A stretch of DNA of 64,000 nucleotides from a virus, in IMG/VR virus record IMGVR_UViG_3300031251_000003, positions 64,001-128,000 of that record. One strand, given 5' to 3'. A program made the translations under genes and the position numbers. Position 1 is the stretch's first letter, and every line of letters starts with the position of its first letter. Under the pieces are notes generated by a model. That model saw only the letters and a program-made list of their open reading frames with translations, had not been told where the DNA came from and did no database searches. Shown here piece after piece: positions 9,352-18,942 of this stretch.

Positions 9352-9746
9352 AAGTCTGCGTTCCTCAGTCTATTAAGTGCCTTTTCGTACCGGGGAACAT
9401 GAGAGAAACGATCTACTTTCGCCCTTGCGAGGTTGACGGTAAGGTCGATGATCTTGACATCGACGGCTCCGCTGTTCCCAGATTCTAGGATGCGAGTAAT
9501 GAAATCGTCATAAGTCTCACCGTCACGGCGACTGACGATCATTACAATATCGACAACCTCATCGGGGAACAGACCACGAAGCTCTTCTTCAGTAGCGTAG
9601 CCATCCTCGACGGAATCATGCAACCAACCAGCGATCCCCTGGGCAGTATAACCACTGAACCGGGATGCTACACGAACCAGATGCGGAAGATCGTCAGCCC
9701 TGGCTGCGATGTTGATAGCGAGATCGATGTGATGATCGTTAATCAT
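9348..9746 (-). CDS. HD-domain hydrolase, RelA/SpoT small alarmone hydrolase-like
   Basis: HLVRVA, GWLHDSVED, VKIIDLTVNL. Confidence 0.8.
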   Translation of the reverse strand: MINDHHIDLAINIAARADDLPHLVRVASRFSGYTAQGIAGWLHDSVEDGYATEEELRGLFPDEVVDIVMIVSRRDGETYDDFITRILESGNSGAVDVKIIDLTVNLARAKVDRFSHVPRYEKALNRLRNADF

Positions 9747-9758
9747 GGACATATTATA

Positions 9759-10340
9759 TCATGCCTCCTGTAGAAGTGCAAGTAGTGCTTCAGCATTACC
9801 CTTGGCATCATCGACGGGATTGTGAGTATGAGTGGTCTTCCGTAGCTTCTTCCAGGAGTTATGATCCGACCAATCTCTATTAAGCCCGCTATAGAAATCA
9901 CCGATCCTACGAGCACTAAAGCCAAAGGGATTACCCAACCCGTAGAGATGGAAATAGAAGTTAATGAACTGCCAATCAAAGGCAGGATTATCGGATACAA
10001 AGACCGGTCTATCGAACAGCGTGGTTAGCCAACTCTTGAACTGGATCATTGTTAGTTGAGAGTGTTGGAAGGACTCATGCTCAGCCCTCGTATAGCCACT
10101 GATGGCCAGATTCTTCTCTTCCCATCTAATGTACTCATCGGTGCGGCCACGAATCGATAGGTCAGCGGTCGTGAGAGGCGCTGTAAGCCCGTAGAAGCTC
10201 ACGTTCTTGTGTTCCGATAGACGGTTAACACTAACGGCTCCGAAGCACACCATGGAGCCTAGAGTGGGTGCAGGCCCATCAGCCTCAACGTCTACGATGA
10301 TGTACTCTCGATCTAGCTTAGTGTCAAGCATTGCACACAT
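9759..10340 (-). CDS. DEDDh 3'-5' exoribonuclease (Rv2179c/RNase AS-like)
   Basis: VDVEADGP, NPAFDWQF, HNPVDDA. Confidence 0.85.
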   Translation of the reverse strand: MCAMLDTKLDREYIIVDVEADGPAPTLGSMVCFGAVSVNRLSEHKNVSFYGLTAPLTTADLSIRGRTDEYIRWEEKNLAISGYTRAEHESFQHSQLTMIQFKSWLTTLFDRPVFVSDNPAFDWQFINFYFHLYGLGNPFGFSARRIGDFYSGLNRDWSDHNSWKKLRKTTHTHNPVDDAKGNAEALLALLQEA

Positions 10341-10767
10341 CCTTTAGCTTAGCAATAGCTTTGGGAGAAAGAACCTTGAAGCTATCACCTGTAATTGTCT
10401 TGGTCTGGGCAATGGCAATATCGGGCTTCCAGACCCCGTTGTACTTATACAGATCAACAATAAATTCACAGCCTCCCTCATTAATCCTGATCTGAGGGGT
10501 GTAATAGATCTCGTTCCCGCCCTGCTTGATAGCATTGGAAGGAAATCGATACCCATTAGCAATAAGATCTTGATAGATCTGTTGATGTTTTGCTTTACCT
10601 TGAGCTTCGCTGCGTCGGACAGCGCCATCAAATGTAACAACTGAACATGCAACAAGGATCACGAAAAAGATAAGAAAAACAGGATCTCCTGCATAGATCG
10701 TGGACATCAAAGCAAAAAATGCTGCACTAGCAAAAATAACACCGAAGATGAAGAAGAAAACTACCAT
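10324..10767 (-). CDS. membrane-anchored hypothetical protein
   Basis: Two N-terminal TM segments. Confidence 0.6.
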   Translation of the reverse strand: MVVFFFIFGVIFASAAFFALMSTIYAGDPVFLIFFVILVACSVVTFDGAVRRSEAQGKAKHQQIYQDLIANGYRFPSNAIKQGGNEIYYTPQIRINEGGCEFIVDLYKYNGVWKPDIAIAQTKTITGDSFKVLSPKAIAKLKDVCNA

Positions 10768-10770
10768 TTA

Positions 10771-11178
10771 TTACCTCCAATAAGGTTTGATATCAAAGTT
10801 GTCATAAAAGCCCTTAGCACCTTCGTCCCAAGGATAGCAGTACACGTTCTTGAAACGGCTCATACGTCGAGCAAGTTTAGTACCAATCCCACGGCGACGG
10901 AATCGCTTAGGAACATAAATCATCATGATTCTTCGGCCCATCGTGTAATGAGCCTCAGCGATCAGACTCCATCCCATGATGGTATTATGATTACGAGCGA
11001 TCACGATGGGAACATCCTTAGCTGAAATATCTCCTGCCTCTAAACATTCCAAAGTTCGATACATCGTTGAACCCATATCCCCATCAGGATTCTCACCCGT
11101 AAGAGTAAGCTTCTTCAGTCTAGCCCGTAGCTTGGGGCTACACTTGGAGTAGTTTGTTTTCTGCAACTTTATAGACAC
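10771..11178 (-). CDS. GNAT-family acetyltransferase
   Basis: YVPKRFRRRGIGTKL, AKGFY. Confidence 0.8.
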   Translation of the reverse strand: MSIKLQKTNYSKCSPKLRARLKKLTLTGENPDGDMGSTMYRTLECLEAGDISAKDVPIVIARNHNTIMGWSLIAEAHYTMGRRIMMIYVPKRFRRRGIGTKLARRMSRFKNVYCYPWDEGAKGFYDNFDIKPYWR

Positions 11179-11367
11179 AGTTCCCGAACCCTTCTCAGGC
11201 AGGAACTCATTGCGTCATCGTTACTCATGAAAGGCTGGCCCTTAGCGAGCCGCCTGTAGTTGGTTGCGTCGAAAGAAATCAGATTGCCAGAATGACGCTT
11301 CTGGGCGATTACTACCCAACCCAGATCCTCGATCATTTCTTTAGCGGCTTGATGCGTCATCTTCATT
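11169..11367 (-). CDS. hypothetical protein
   Basis: Start MKMTHQ with RBS GAAAGG. Confidence 0.5.
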
Positions 11368-11520
11368 CCTTTCGCGTACGCATTGATTACAAATACCAAC
11401 TGGAACATCCTTGTCATTAAGACTGACCTGGAAGGGATTCTCTGGGTCAACTACCTTTTCCGCAATGTATCTCATTCGGAAACAAGAAGTACAGAAACCT
11501 AGATCTCCTTCGTATGTCAT
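11341..11520 (-). CDS. small CxxC..CxxC protein (leaderless; below ORF track cut-off)
   Basis: MTYEGDLGFCTSC...ICNQC; TTGCTT-17-TATACT 7 nt upstream. Confidence 0.6.
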   Translation of the reverse strand: MTYEGDLGFCTSCFRMRYIAEKVVDPENPFQVSLNDKDVPVGICNQCVRERNEDDASSR

Positions 11521-11550
11521 ACTAACTAGTATAGCAGATTAATATTAGAA

Positions 11551-11579
11551 AAGCAAGAGGGACGGTTGCCCGTCCCTCT
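11551..11579 (-). terminator. terminator after rIIB
   Basis: GAGGGACGG-GCAA-CCGTCCCTC then TTGCTTTT. Confidence 0.7.
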
Positions 11580-11601
11580 CACCTTTTGCTAGCCTGAACT
11601 A

Positions 11602-12783
11602 CTAGACCTTACGGAACCTGTGTGGTGTGGTCAGTCTCTCCGTAGAGATCCACACATGGACGTTACTCGGTAGCGACTTGCAATATGACTTATTCGGCCC
11701 TGACTCAAGAATCGTGACGGTGCGACCGACCCGCCTTGGATCAAGATCCTGGAAGATATCTCCAATGTTTACCGTAACATCCTCGGGATCGAAATCAGGG
11801 TCTACCTCTTCGTAGTCCTTGCTGATCAGCCGACCCAACTTGACCTTGACGACGTTGCCGGTTGTGGAGGACTGGCAGTAAGCAACCTGCTCATCCCGAT
11901 CAACGCTCACGACGGTCAGAGTGCGACCCTTGCGACGGGGATCACGGTCAGCGTAGACCTTGCCGACGTAGTAATCCTCGACCTGATCCTCATCGTCCTC
12001 ACGAGTAACCACAGCAGCGGTGTATTCCTGCTCGATGAGATCGACAACGGTATAACGGCAGACACGCATCTTAGCCTGTCCACAGTCCGTAGGAACGCTC
12101 ACAACGTCACGAGGGTTGACGTGAACCTCAAGCAGAGCGCCCTGCGCCCAACCTCTTGCGTAGTCGTAGGTGCCGACGTGCAGCCCCGTAGAACAGCCCT
12201 CACTAGGATCATGAGTAACCTCGTTGCGAGGCATCTCAACAACCGAACCAATTGCGTTCGGGATGGCTCCGGTCTTGACTTCACCGTCAACGATAGCGGT
12301 ACCCTGGTTGACGGAAACGTAGCCACCGTCCTCGCCCTTGCGGACGCCCTTGTAACCGATGATCAGACCGTCATTGGTGATACTGAAGTTACGAGACTCA
12401 AGCCAGGTGTAAAGCTGCTCACGGGAATGCTCGTTCGGATTGGCTAGGACGTTCTCGAAGAAGAGAACGAGTGACTTCCAATCCTCAACACCCTCATCGA
12501 GGAACCGGATGACCTGAGCCGTGAGAGCATTTGCAACCTCAACATTGTCAAGGTAGAGCCGTCCGTTGGCGGTGGTGATCCGATCACTGAGCCGCTGGAA
12601 CTTGGTTGCGGCGGTCTGAGCGACATCGAAAAGCTCGACTACGGATTCGTCATCAGCCACAACAGCGGCAACGATCTTGTCGAAGTTGACGTGGGTGGAA
12701 TGAGCCACCAATGGAGCCGAACCCTTGACGAACACGGTGATGTTCGAAGTCCCGTCCTCAGCGCCTACTAGTGTGTATTGCAT
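11602..12783 (-). CDS. rIIB: rIIB-like protein with duplicated C-terminal domain
   Basis: GYKGV, CSTGLHVGTYDYA, VNPRDVVSVP, KMRVCRY; adjacent to rIIA. Confidence 0.88.
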   Translation of the reverse strand: MQYTLVGAEDGTSNITVFVKGSAPLVAHSTHVNFDKIVAAVVADDESVVELFDVAQTAATKFQRLSDRITTANGRLYLDNVEVANALTAQVIRFLDEGVEDWKSLVLFFENVLANPNEHSREQLYTWLESRNFSITNDGLIIGYKGVRKGEDGGYVSVNQGTAIVDGEVKTGAIPNAIGSVVEMPRNEVTHDPSEGCSTGLHVGTYDYARGWAQGALLEVHVNPRDVVSVPTDCGQAKMRVCRYTVVDLIEQEYTAAVVTREDDEDQVEDYYVGKVYADRDPRRKGRTLTVVSVDRDEQVAYCQSSTTGNVVKVKLGRLISKDYEEVDPDFDPEDVTVNIGDIFQDLDPRRVGRTVTILESGPNKSYCKSLPSNVHVWISTERLTTPHRFRKV

Positions 12784-12784
12784 G

Positions 12785-14695
12785 TTAGTTTTCCTCTCCT
12801 GCCGAGTAAACGGCATTCATATAATGAGTCAGGTGATCAATCATCTTGGTATTCAGTTTATCATAGAAATAGATCTGTGTCAAGAGGATGTACTTATCGA
12901 AGGGGTTCTCCCATTCAGTCTCGGGGAGAACAGCGTAATTGCGGTAGAGATCGTAATCCTGAATCAGCTTGCTACCACTGTTGGAGAACTGAATCACATG
13001 CTTGAGTGCGGGATCCAGGATTCTCTCAGCGTCAAACTGACTGACCCGATGGGTGTGATCGTCTAGATGAAGCCGGATCGATGAAACCTGATCGGGAGTC
13101 AACTTGGCAAACCACTTCTGAGCCGCCTTGGACTGGTAATCGGTAAGGCTCTTGGCCTTAGGAAAGTCCCGCTGGAACTTGTTGACCCTGTTGCGATACA
13201 GAGTAACGATGGTGTGATTGGGGTTCTTCTTCTGAGCAAGAGCCGGATTGTACCGGTCACCCTGGACGTGATAGAAGATCGGATTACCCTGATTGATATC
13301 AGCGGCCTGAAGCTCGTGAACCCGAACACCGTCAACGAGGGCGCTGTAGGAGCCAGAGATCCGCCCGTTCCGAAGAACGGTACCTTGCGGCCGAGCGATC
13401 TTCTGAGCAGCAACGTCCGCCCAATCGTGAATCGTAGAAGGGTCAACCCACTCGGGAGCAGGAACCTTATCGACCAGTGCATAGTTCTCGAACTTGTAGT
13501 TCTCGATGCCCTTCTCTTCCAAATACTGGAACATCTTCTTGCGCTTGGTAGGAGTGAAGTCAGCACCGTCATAACCGGTGAACCAAAGGGTCTTGTTGAA
13601 CGTGAGGGGGAAGAGATCCTTCTCGAAATGCCATCCCTTGCTCTTATACCCCTTGGTACGATTGACCATGAGAATCTTGATATCCTGGCCCTGGGCACCC
13701 TGACCCAACTCAATCCGCTGAGGGATATCGACGCCCTTGTACACGGGGACTTCGGAGAAACCAAGAGCCTTGGCCTCCTTATAGATCCTGATTGCATCGA
13801 CGTTATCGACAGCAGCGTCAATTAGCTTCTGAAGAGCGACGTTCTTTTCGGCAACAACGCGATCCTTGAGGGTAGCGATAGTTGCCTTGGTCTTCGCCGT
13901 CATCTGAAGTGCCTCCCGCGAAGGAGTGAAGTTAACATCACCGATTGCGACAAAGGCAACGAATGGATGAGGCTCGTAGTGATCATTCGGATAGGGATAT
14001 GCGACATTACCCATGACGATCATAGACCGATCAACATCACGAGTGACTACGATGTCATCAGCGATCCACATGCCATCGATACGAGTAGGCTCTTCTCCAT
14101 TGACCAGAACGGAACCCTTCTCCCAGAAGCGGAAGAAATTCGTGCTCTTGGTATCAAAGGAATTCCAGCGATTGACCGGGACAATGATCTCGACGCCCGA
14201 AGGCTCATCGGTATCGTACTGAGCAACGATGGTCATAGAGCCGCCGCCGTCCTCATCACGGCTCACGCTCACCTGGGTACAAACTCCGTTCTTGATCCCC
14301 TGAAGGGTGAACTGGTCGCTGTAAGTGAGGGCCGACTTACAACCCAGACCCAGCGTGCCCACGACATCGTTGGATTCACGCTTCGTGGAAGTACCGTAGC
14401 GTGAGTAAATGTTGCGAATGTCACCGGCATCCAAGCCGAAACCAAAGTCACGAACGCGGAAGAAGGGAGCGAGATTCGACGGCAGAGTAACCTCGATAGG
14501 ACGGGTAACTCCAGCCTCGACGTGTGCATCGTATGCATTGGTGCTGTACTCACGGATGACCGCCAACTCGGGGTCGGAGTACAGGTCGGTAAGGACGCTC
14601 ATGATATGAGCAAGGGCACCCTCATCGATGGACATCCCAACGCGCTCACCCTCAAGGGTGGTCGTGACATCCATGACACGCGCTTCAACTTTCAT
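12785..14695 (-). CDS. rIIA: rIIA-like protein (GHKL ATPase domain)
   Basis: LYSDPELAVIREYSTNAYDA, RDFGFGL, GTLGLGCKS, FTPSREAL. Confidence 0.9.
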   Translation of the reverse strand: MKVEARVMDVTTTLEGERVGMSIDEGALAHIMSVLTDLYSDPELAVIREYSTNAYDAHVEAGVTRPIEVTLPSNLAPFFRVRDFGFGLDAGDIRNIYSRYGTSTKRESNDVVGTLGLGCKSALTYSDQFTLQGIKNGVCTQVSVSRDEDGGGSMTIVAQYDTDEPSGVEIIVPVNRWNSFDTKSTNFFRFWEKGSVLVNGEEPTRIDGMWIADDIVVTRDVDRSMIVMGNVAYPYPNDHYEPHPFVAFVAIGDVNFTPSREALQMTAKTKATIATLKDRVVAEKNVALQKLIDAAVDNVDAIRIYKEAKALGFSEVPVYKGVDIPQRIELGQGAQGQDIKILMVNRTKGYKSKGWHFEKDLFPLTFNKTLWFTGYDGADFTPTKRKKMFQYLEEKGIENYKFENYALVDKVPAPEWVDPSTIHDWADVAAQKIARPQGTVLRNGRISGSYSALVDGVRVHELQAADINQGNPIFYHVQGDRYNPALAQKKNPNHTIVTLYRNRVNKFQRDFPKAKSLTDYQSKAAQKWFAKLTPDQVSSIRLHLDDHTHRVSQFDAERILDPALKHVIQFSNSGSKLIQDYDLYRNYAVLPETEWENPFDKYILLTQIYFYDKLNTKMIDHLTHYMNAVYSAGEEN

Positions 14696-14722
14696 AAGAG
14701 ATCCTTTCTATCGTGTTCAGAT

Positions 14723-14751
14723 AGTATATCAGAATGACTCAGAGAAGTCAA
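14723..14751 (-). promoter_or_regulatory. sigma70-type promoter for rIIA
   Basis: TTGACT-17-TATACT. Confidence 0.75.
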
Positions 14752-14926
14752 ATCTTTTCAGTGGAAACCTTTTTCCAGACGGCTGTTTTCGCCCAGACCG
14801 TAAAGGTCTGATCCCTCTGCTTCTCAGCCCTGGACTCGGCTAGTTCTTTAGTCGAAGCTTGGACTCTGAAGGAGTAGGTGCCGCCCGCCGGAACCTTATT
14901 GTTGGTGTAAGTAACTTTCCACTTCA

Positions 14927-15148
14927 TCAGTCAAGCCCTCCGGTGACACCATGGAACCGATCACCGTTATGATCGATCTCGTACTGAAGCCATCCGGGTT
15001 CACCGAACTTGTAGAACCGTGCAACGACAGTACGGCTCTCCTGCTCGCTGTAAGTAAGCTGAACGTTGAAATAGTTCAGTTCGTTCAACTCTTTGTTCAA
15101 CTCCGCAAGAGTGCTGATCTGATTACCGTTGAGTTGGAAAATCAACAT
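14927..15148 (-). CDS. hypothetical protein
   Basis: RBS GAAAGGAT; promoter at 15179-15207. Confidence 0.6.
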   Translation of the reverse strand: MLIFQLNGNQISTLAELNKELNELNYFNVQLTYSEQESRTVVARFYKFGEPGWLQYEIDHNGDRFHGVTGGLD

Positions 15149-15178
15149 CGCTATCCTTTCCTCGAAACTTGTACAGAT

Positions 15179-15207
15179 AGTATACCAGATTAGGATTTCT
15201 GTGTCAA
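15179..15207 (-). promoter_or_regulatory. sigma70-type promoter
   Basis: TTGACA-17-TATACT. Confidence 0.8.
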
Positions 15208-15485
15208 GACTTGTTACGAACAAATTCATACGGATCATATCCCCGATTCCTGAATACAGCAGATATGAACCCTTGAGTGGCCATAACGATAAGAACCACC
15301 GCCAGAGAAGTGTAGGTTGACGAGAATGCATTCCAAAGATACACGTACGCAACGATGGTCAAAAAGAAGTCGAACAGAAACAGATATATCCTCTCGGTAG
15401 TATCACTCGTACGACGCGCCTGAATCATGGGCAAGAATGATGCGCTATAGATCAAAATGGCCCAGAGTAGATTAATCCAGTGCAT
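15204..15485 (-). CDS. membrane protein
   Basis: Three hydrophobic segments; RBS GGAGA. Confidence 0.6.
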   Translation of the reverse strand: MHWINLLWAILIYSASFLPMIQARRTSDTTERIYLFLFDFFLTIVAYVYLWNAFSSTYTSLAVVLIVMATQGFISAVFRNRGYDPYEFVRNKS

Positions 15486-15492
15486 GACTCTC

Positions 15493-15687
15493 CTAAAGAT
15501 TGATTTGAACTGCTTGAACTTTTCGTTTCTTACCTTGTCGATAGTTCTTGATCCGTGGCCTCATGTAATCCCGCCACGCTTCAGTACACTTATCACAGCG
15601 GCAGCCATGGTTGTTGTACGAGCTAGCTCGCCCGTGGACAACCGATTTACCTGATGGTGTTAAGTCTACTGTAATGGGTTCAGTCAT
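15493..15687 (-). CDS. small Zn-binding phage protein
   Basis: HG...Y...GCRCDKC motif; RBS GGAGG. Confidence 0.7.
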   Translation of the reverse strand: MTEPITVDLTPSGKSVVHGRASSYNNHGCRCDKCTEAWRDYMRPRIKNYRQGKKRKVQAVQINL

Positions 15688-16215
15688 TTAAACCTCCTGC
15701 AAATCTTCTAGTTCCACCCTTTCATACTCGTGGTCACCACGGTCACTGAGGATAATCCAAGACAATGGAGTCTTGCGACCATTCTTGAATGTCACCATTC
15801 TAGTAGTATCCTGAGACTCAACTAGTTCTTTCATCTCAGCATACCACTCTCTATATCCACGACGATATTTATATTCTGAAACAGCGTTTTTAAACCCTTT
15901 GAGCTTCAGGTCTAGGATATCCTGATCATCGCCATACTTCTCTCTGATCTCTTTTGAATGAGCGTTAATAGCCTCGCTACGCACTTGTTCATCGACATCC
16001 CATCCTGGCCATGATTCACCAAGATGTGTTTCTACGAGATCCTTCGGACGAAACTTAAGTGTTTCGTTATCAAGGATCTCGGGATCATGATACCAGTATC
16101 CCTGTTCGTATCTCTGAGTTAGAATTGTCAGAGCAGACTTCGATAGCTCTTCATCTGTTGAGGCGGGCCAATACCACGTTCCATGCTTCTCTTCCGCTAC
16201 TAAGATGCTTCCCAT
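15688..16215 (-). CDS. hypothetical protein
   Basis: 175-aa ORF, operon-coupled. Confidence 0.7.
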   Translation of the reverse strand: MGSILVAEEKHGTWYWPASTDEELSKSALTILTQRYEQGYWYHDPEILDNETLKFRPKDLVETHLGESWPGWDVDEQVRSEAINAHSKEIREKYGDDQDILDLKLKGFKNAVSEYKYRRGYREWYAEMKELVESQDTTRMVTFKNGRKTPLSWIILSDRGDHEYERVELEDLQEV

Positions 16216-16523
16216 TTCCTGATCCTTTCTATGGAGTCAATTGCCGCTTGCATGTTCTTTCGACCGACTGGATTAGCAGAATGAATAGAGAACTTGTCAG
16301 GTAAAATCACTGAACGCATTTCTCCTGTGCCCACCATTCCCTCTAGGATATTGACAAAATCATATCCCGTAAGGATATCAGTCTCACCGAGATCGTGATC
16401 CAGGCTAACCTCTTCTACGAATCCACAATTATCAAGGAGCAAATCAAACGCATCCTGGACAGTACGAGCTACCGTCCAGGAATCATTTGGTGCATCTCTG
16501 AGATCATCTAGCCAGATTTTCAT
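16200..16523 (-). CDS. cyclic-phosphate-processing receiver-like domain protein
   Basis: IWLDDLR, SLDHDLG, TGYDF, IHSANPVG. Confidence 0.8.
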   Translation of the reverse strand: MKIWLDDLRDAPNDSWTVARTVQDAFDLLLDNCGFVEEVSLDHDLGETDILTGYDFVNILEGMVGTGEMRSVILPDKFSIHSANPVGRKNMQAAIDSIERIRKWEAS

Positions 16524-16969
16524 TTAGTGTGCTTCCTATATGTCCCGTCGAGATTGGTCGAAACAATCCTGTGACAATAGCGACACTCGGACTTCTTCCC
16601 GAATGCTCTATGCCTTTTCTCAACAAGAGCACCAGAACCAGGACAGGTACCTGAGGGCAGCTTCTTGGGCTTTGAGTTGAATGGATTAGTTCTTGGGGTA
16701 ATTCGAACACCAGGCTTCTTAGAGACTATTGGAGCAGGGGTTCGTTTAGCCGTTCTAGGAATACGAACGGGGCTTTCCTTTGTAAGAACCAACGTGTACT
16801 TATCACCAACGCTATCCAACGATGGATCTCCAAAGATGTCGTAGTCAACTAGAAGGATGTACTTGATATCGCGCTCAACACCCTCAAGAGTGGTTGCGCG
16901 AGCCGTGTTGTCTACGTTCGTGGCTATAAGGTTAACTTCTACTTTGGGCTTCTTGATACTCATCGTCAC
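16520..16969 (-). CDS. hypothetical protein, C-terminal Zn finger
   Basis: CPGSG..CRYC..RKH. Confidence 0.6.
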   Translation of the reverse strand: MTMSIKKPKVEVNLIATNVDNTARATTLEGVERDIKYILLVDYDIFGDPSLDSVGDKYTLVLTKESPVRIPRTAKRTPAPIVSKKPGVRITPRTNPFNSKPKKLPSGTCPGSGALVEKRHRAFGKKSECRYCHRIVSTNLDGTYRKHTK

Positions 16970-17032
16970 CTATAATATCACATATCTTACCAAACCGCAA
17001 CTTCCGGCTGTAAATAAATAGGAGGTAAGTAT

Positions 17033-17857
17033 ATGCAAGAGCGGGTTTACACAGGAGATACGGCTCTCATCGAGGCCAGTTTGTTTGACGAGGATGGAAC
17101 AACTCCGCTATCGTCAACTACCGTAGAGTATAGCATAAAGAAGCCGGACGGTACAACTTTTCAAGCACCCCCTTCTTCTATGGCTCAAACCATAGCCAGT
17201 ATAGCGTATAACGATACTGATCTGGTTGGCCAGTATTTAGCTAAGGTGACGTTCACTTTGAATGATCCATCTAGTACCAGACGTTCTACGCCTCTATCCT
17301 TTGAGGTTGTCGATCCACTTGAGAGCACGTATGATGAATCGACACCAGTAGATCATGTAGTCAACCGAACATGGATGAAGCTAGAAGATCTCTTCGACTC
17401 TGATCTAGGTGGCCCGTGGCTACGTGATAGAACCTTAGCGACATTCAATCGTGATAAGATAGAACGCTTGCTTCCCGACGCATTGTATAACATCAACTAC
17501 TACTATCAGCCCGCAACGAATTACTCCGAAACCGATTTCCCATACGAGACTCAGTTGCCTCTACTCTCACAAGCACTTTTGGTAGAGTCAGTAAGACATC
17601 TAATGCGATCTTACGTCGAGCAGCCTCAGCCAATGGGAGCCGGTACACCCACGTACTTTGATCGCCGTGACTATCTCAACCGATGGCAGAGTATTCTCAC
17701 CATCGAAGAAGACCGTCTAAACATGTGGTTGGATCTCTTCAAGAGAGGACTTATGGGATTCGGGCATACATCGATCCTTGTCGGTGGTTACGCAAGTTAC
17801 ACAAGTCGTTACCCTCGCTACATGCGTGGACGATATCCATACTTCTACAGGTACTAA
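17033..17857 (+). CDS. head-tail connector/neck protein (putative)
   Basis: RBS GGAGGT; first gene of the structural run. Confidence 0.55.
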   Translation: MQERVYTGDTALIEASLFDEDGTTPLSSTTVEYSIKKPDGTTFQAPPSSMAQTIASIAYNDTDLVGQYLAKVTFTLNDPSSTRRSTPLSFEVVDPLESTYDESTPVDHVVNRTWMKLEDLFDSDLGGPWLRDRTLATFNRDKIERLLPDALYNINYYYQPATNYSETDFPYETQLPLLSQALLVESVRHLMRSYVEQPQPMGAGTPTYFDRRDYLNRWQSILTIEEDRLNMWLDLFKRGLMGFGHTSILVGGYASYTSRYPRYMRGRYPYFYRY

Positions 17858-17858
17858 T

Positions 17859-18149
17859 ATGCTAGCAAACATTATCATCAGTTTTGCGAATGTTCTCCGA
17901 ACTATGGATGTATTCTTGCTCGCTCTTTCAACCGGTATTTTTATCAGTAAGATATTCATCTATAAATCTTTCTCATATGGATGGATGCTCTCGTTCTCAT
18001 TCATTGTGTACTCTGTAGTTACCTTAGAGGTTGTACTCCATCGTTTCAATCATCCATTTAATTTTTGGATTGTAATAGTTTTCTTGGCAGCCTTGTGTAC
18101 TACAATAGGTCAATTAATGTATCCAGGTCTTAATATCAAAAATGAGTAA
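17859..18149 (+). CDS. membrane protein
   Basis: Three TM segments; AT-rich. Confidence 0.55.
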   Translation: MLANIIISFANVLRTMDVFLLALSTGIFISKIFIYKSFSYGWMLSFSFIVYSVVTLEVVLHRFNHPFNFWIVIVFLAALCTTIGQLMYPGLNIKNE

Positions 18150-18942
18150 AACATTAGAGAACTATGATCTTGGCCCAGCAGGGACTCCGCATGAAGTTAA
18201 GCAGTTACGTGAATCATCTTATGATTTACACAACCAACTTGGCGAAGCAATAATTTTCAAGCACCGTTGGAATGACCAAGATGTCCTCGACGGCAAGACT
18301 CAGCCGTGTCCATATCATGACGAACTATATGGTGGTCGTGATTCTGAATGGGACAATGTTTGTTTTGGAACCGGCTTCGTCGGTGGATACTCCGATGGAG
18401 TAGTCGTATTTGTTACTATTCAAGATGCGCCTGAAACACAGATCAAGATTACACAGCAAGGTATCTTGCAATTAGATATGCATCCGGCGATGACAGCACC
18501 CTGGTTACCCCATATGGGGAACGGGGATCTAATCATTACGGGAGAATTTAATACAGGATCATGGACTCTCGTTGATGAGTATGAACGTTTTACTCTCAGA
18601 GATGTTTCTCCTATTACGATGCGAGGGCCAGGTTGGGGACGGCAAGCAGGGTCGGTGTTGAAAAGAGAAAGGATCAGTCAGCAATCTCAGCTAGATAAAC
18701 TCCCATCTGGACATCCTCTCTACAAGGTTCCTATTGTCTTCGATTACTCATCAGTACCTCCCGACGTGACTCCACCATATGCACCACCCGGAACGACTCA
18801 GTATACAGACTTCGACGTACTTGTTCGGATTCATGGAATTGAAGGAGTACCCGAAGTTATTGAAGGTACGACAACAGTTACTCAGGTTACCAGTAAGATT
18901 GGTGGCAAGAGTCTAGATCCCGGAACTATAATAAACTTCTAA
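18142..18942 (+). CDS. head-tail joining protein (putative)
   Basis: CP..CFGTGFVGGY motif seen in large-phage neck proteins; position. Confidence 0.55.
   Translation: MSKTLENYDLGPAGTPHEVKQLRESSYDLHNQLGEAIIFKHRWNDQDVLDGKTQPCPYHDELYGGRDSEWDNVCFGTGFVGGYSDGVVVFVTIQDAPETQIKITQQGILQLDMHPAMTAPWLPHMGNGDLIITGEFNTGSWTLVDEYERFTLRDVSPITMRGPGWGRQAGSVLKRERISQQSQLDKLPSGHPLYKVPIVFDYSSVPPDVTPPYAPPGTTQYTDFDVLVRIHGIEGVPEVIEGTTTVTQVTSKIGGKSLDPGTIINF

Noticed and set aside
4976-14404. Long plus-strand ORFs (4976, 8182, 13214, 13967 and others)
   Set aside because: Antisense shadows of well-supported minus-strand genes.
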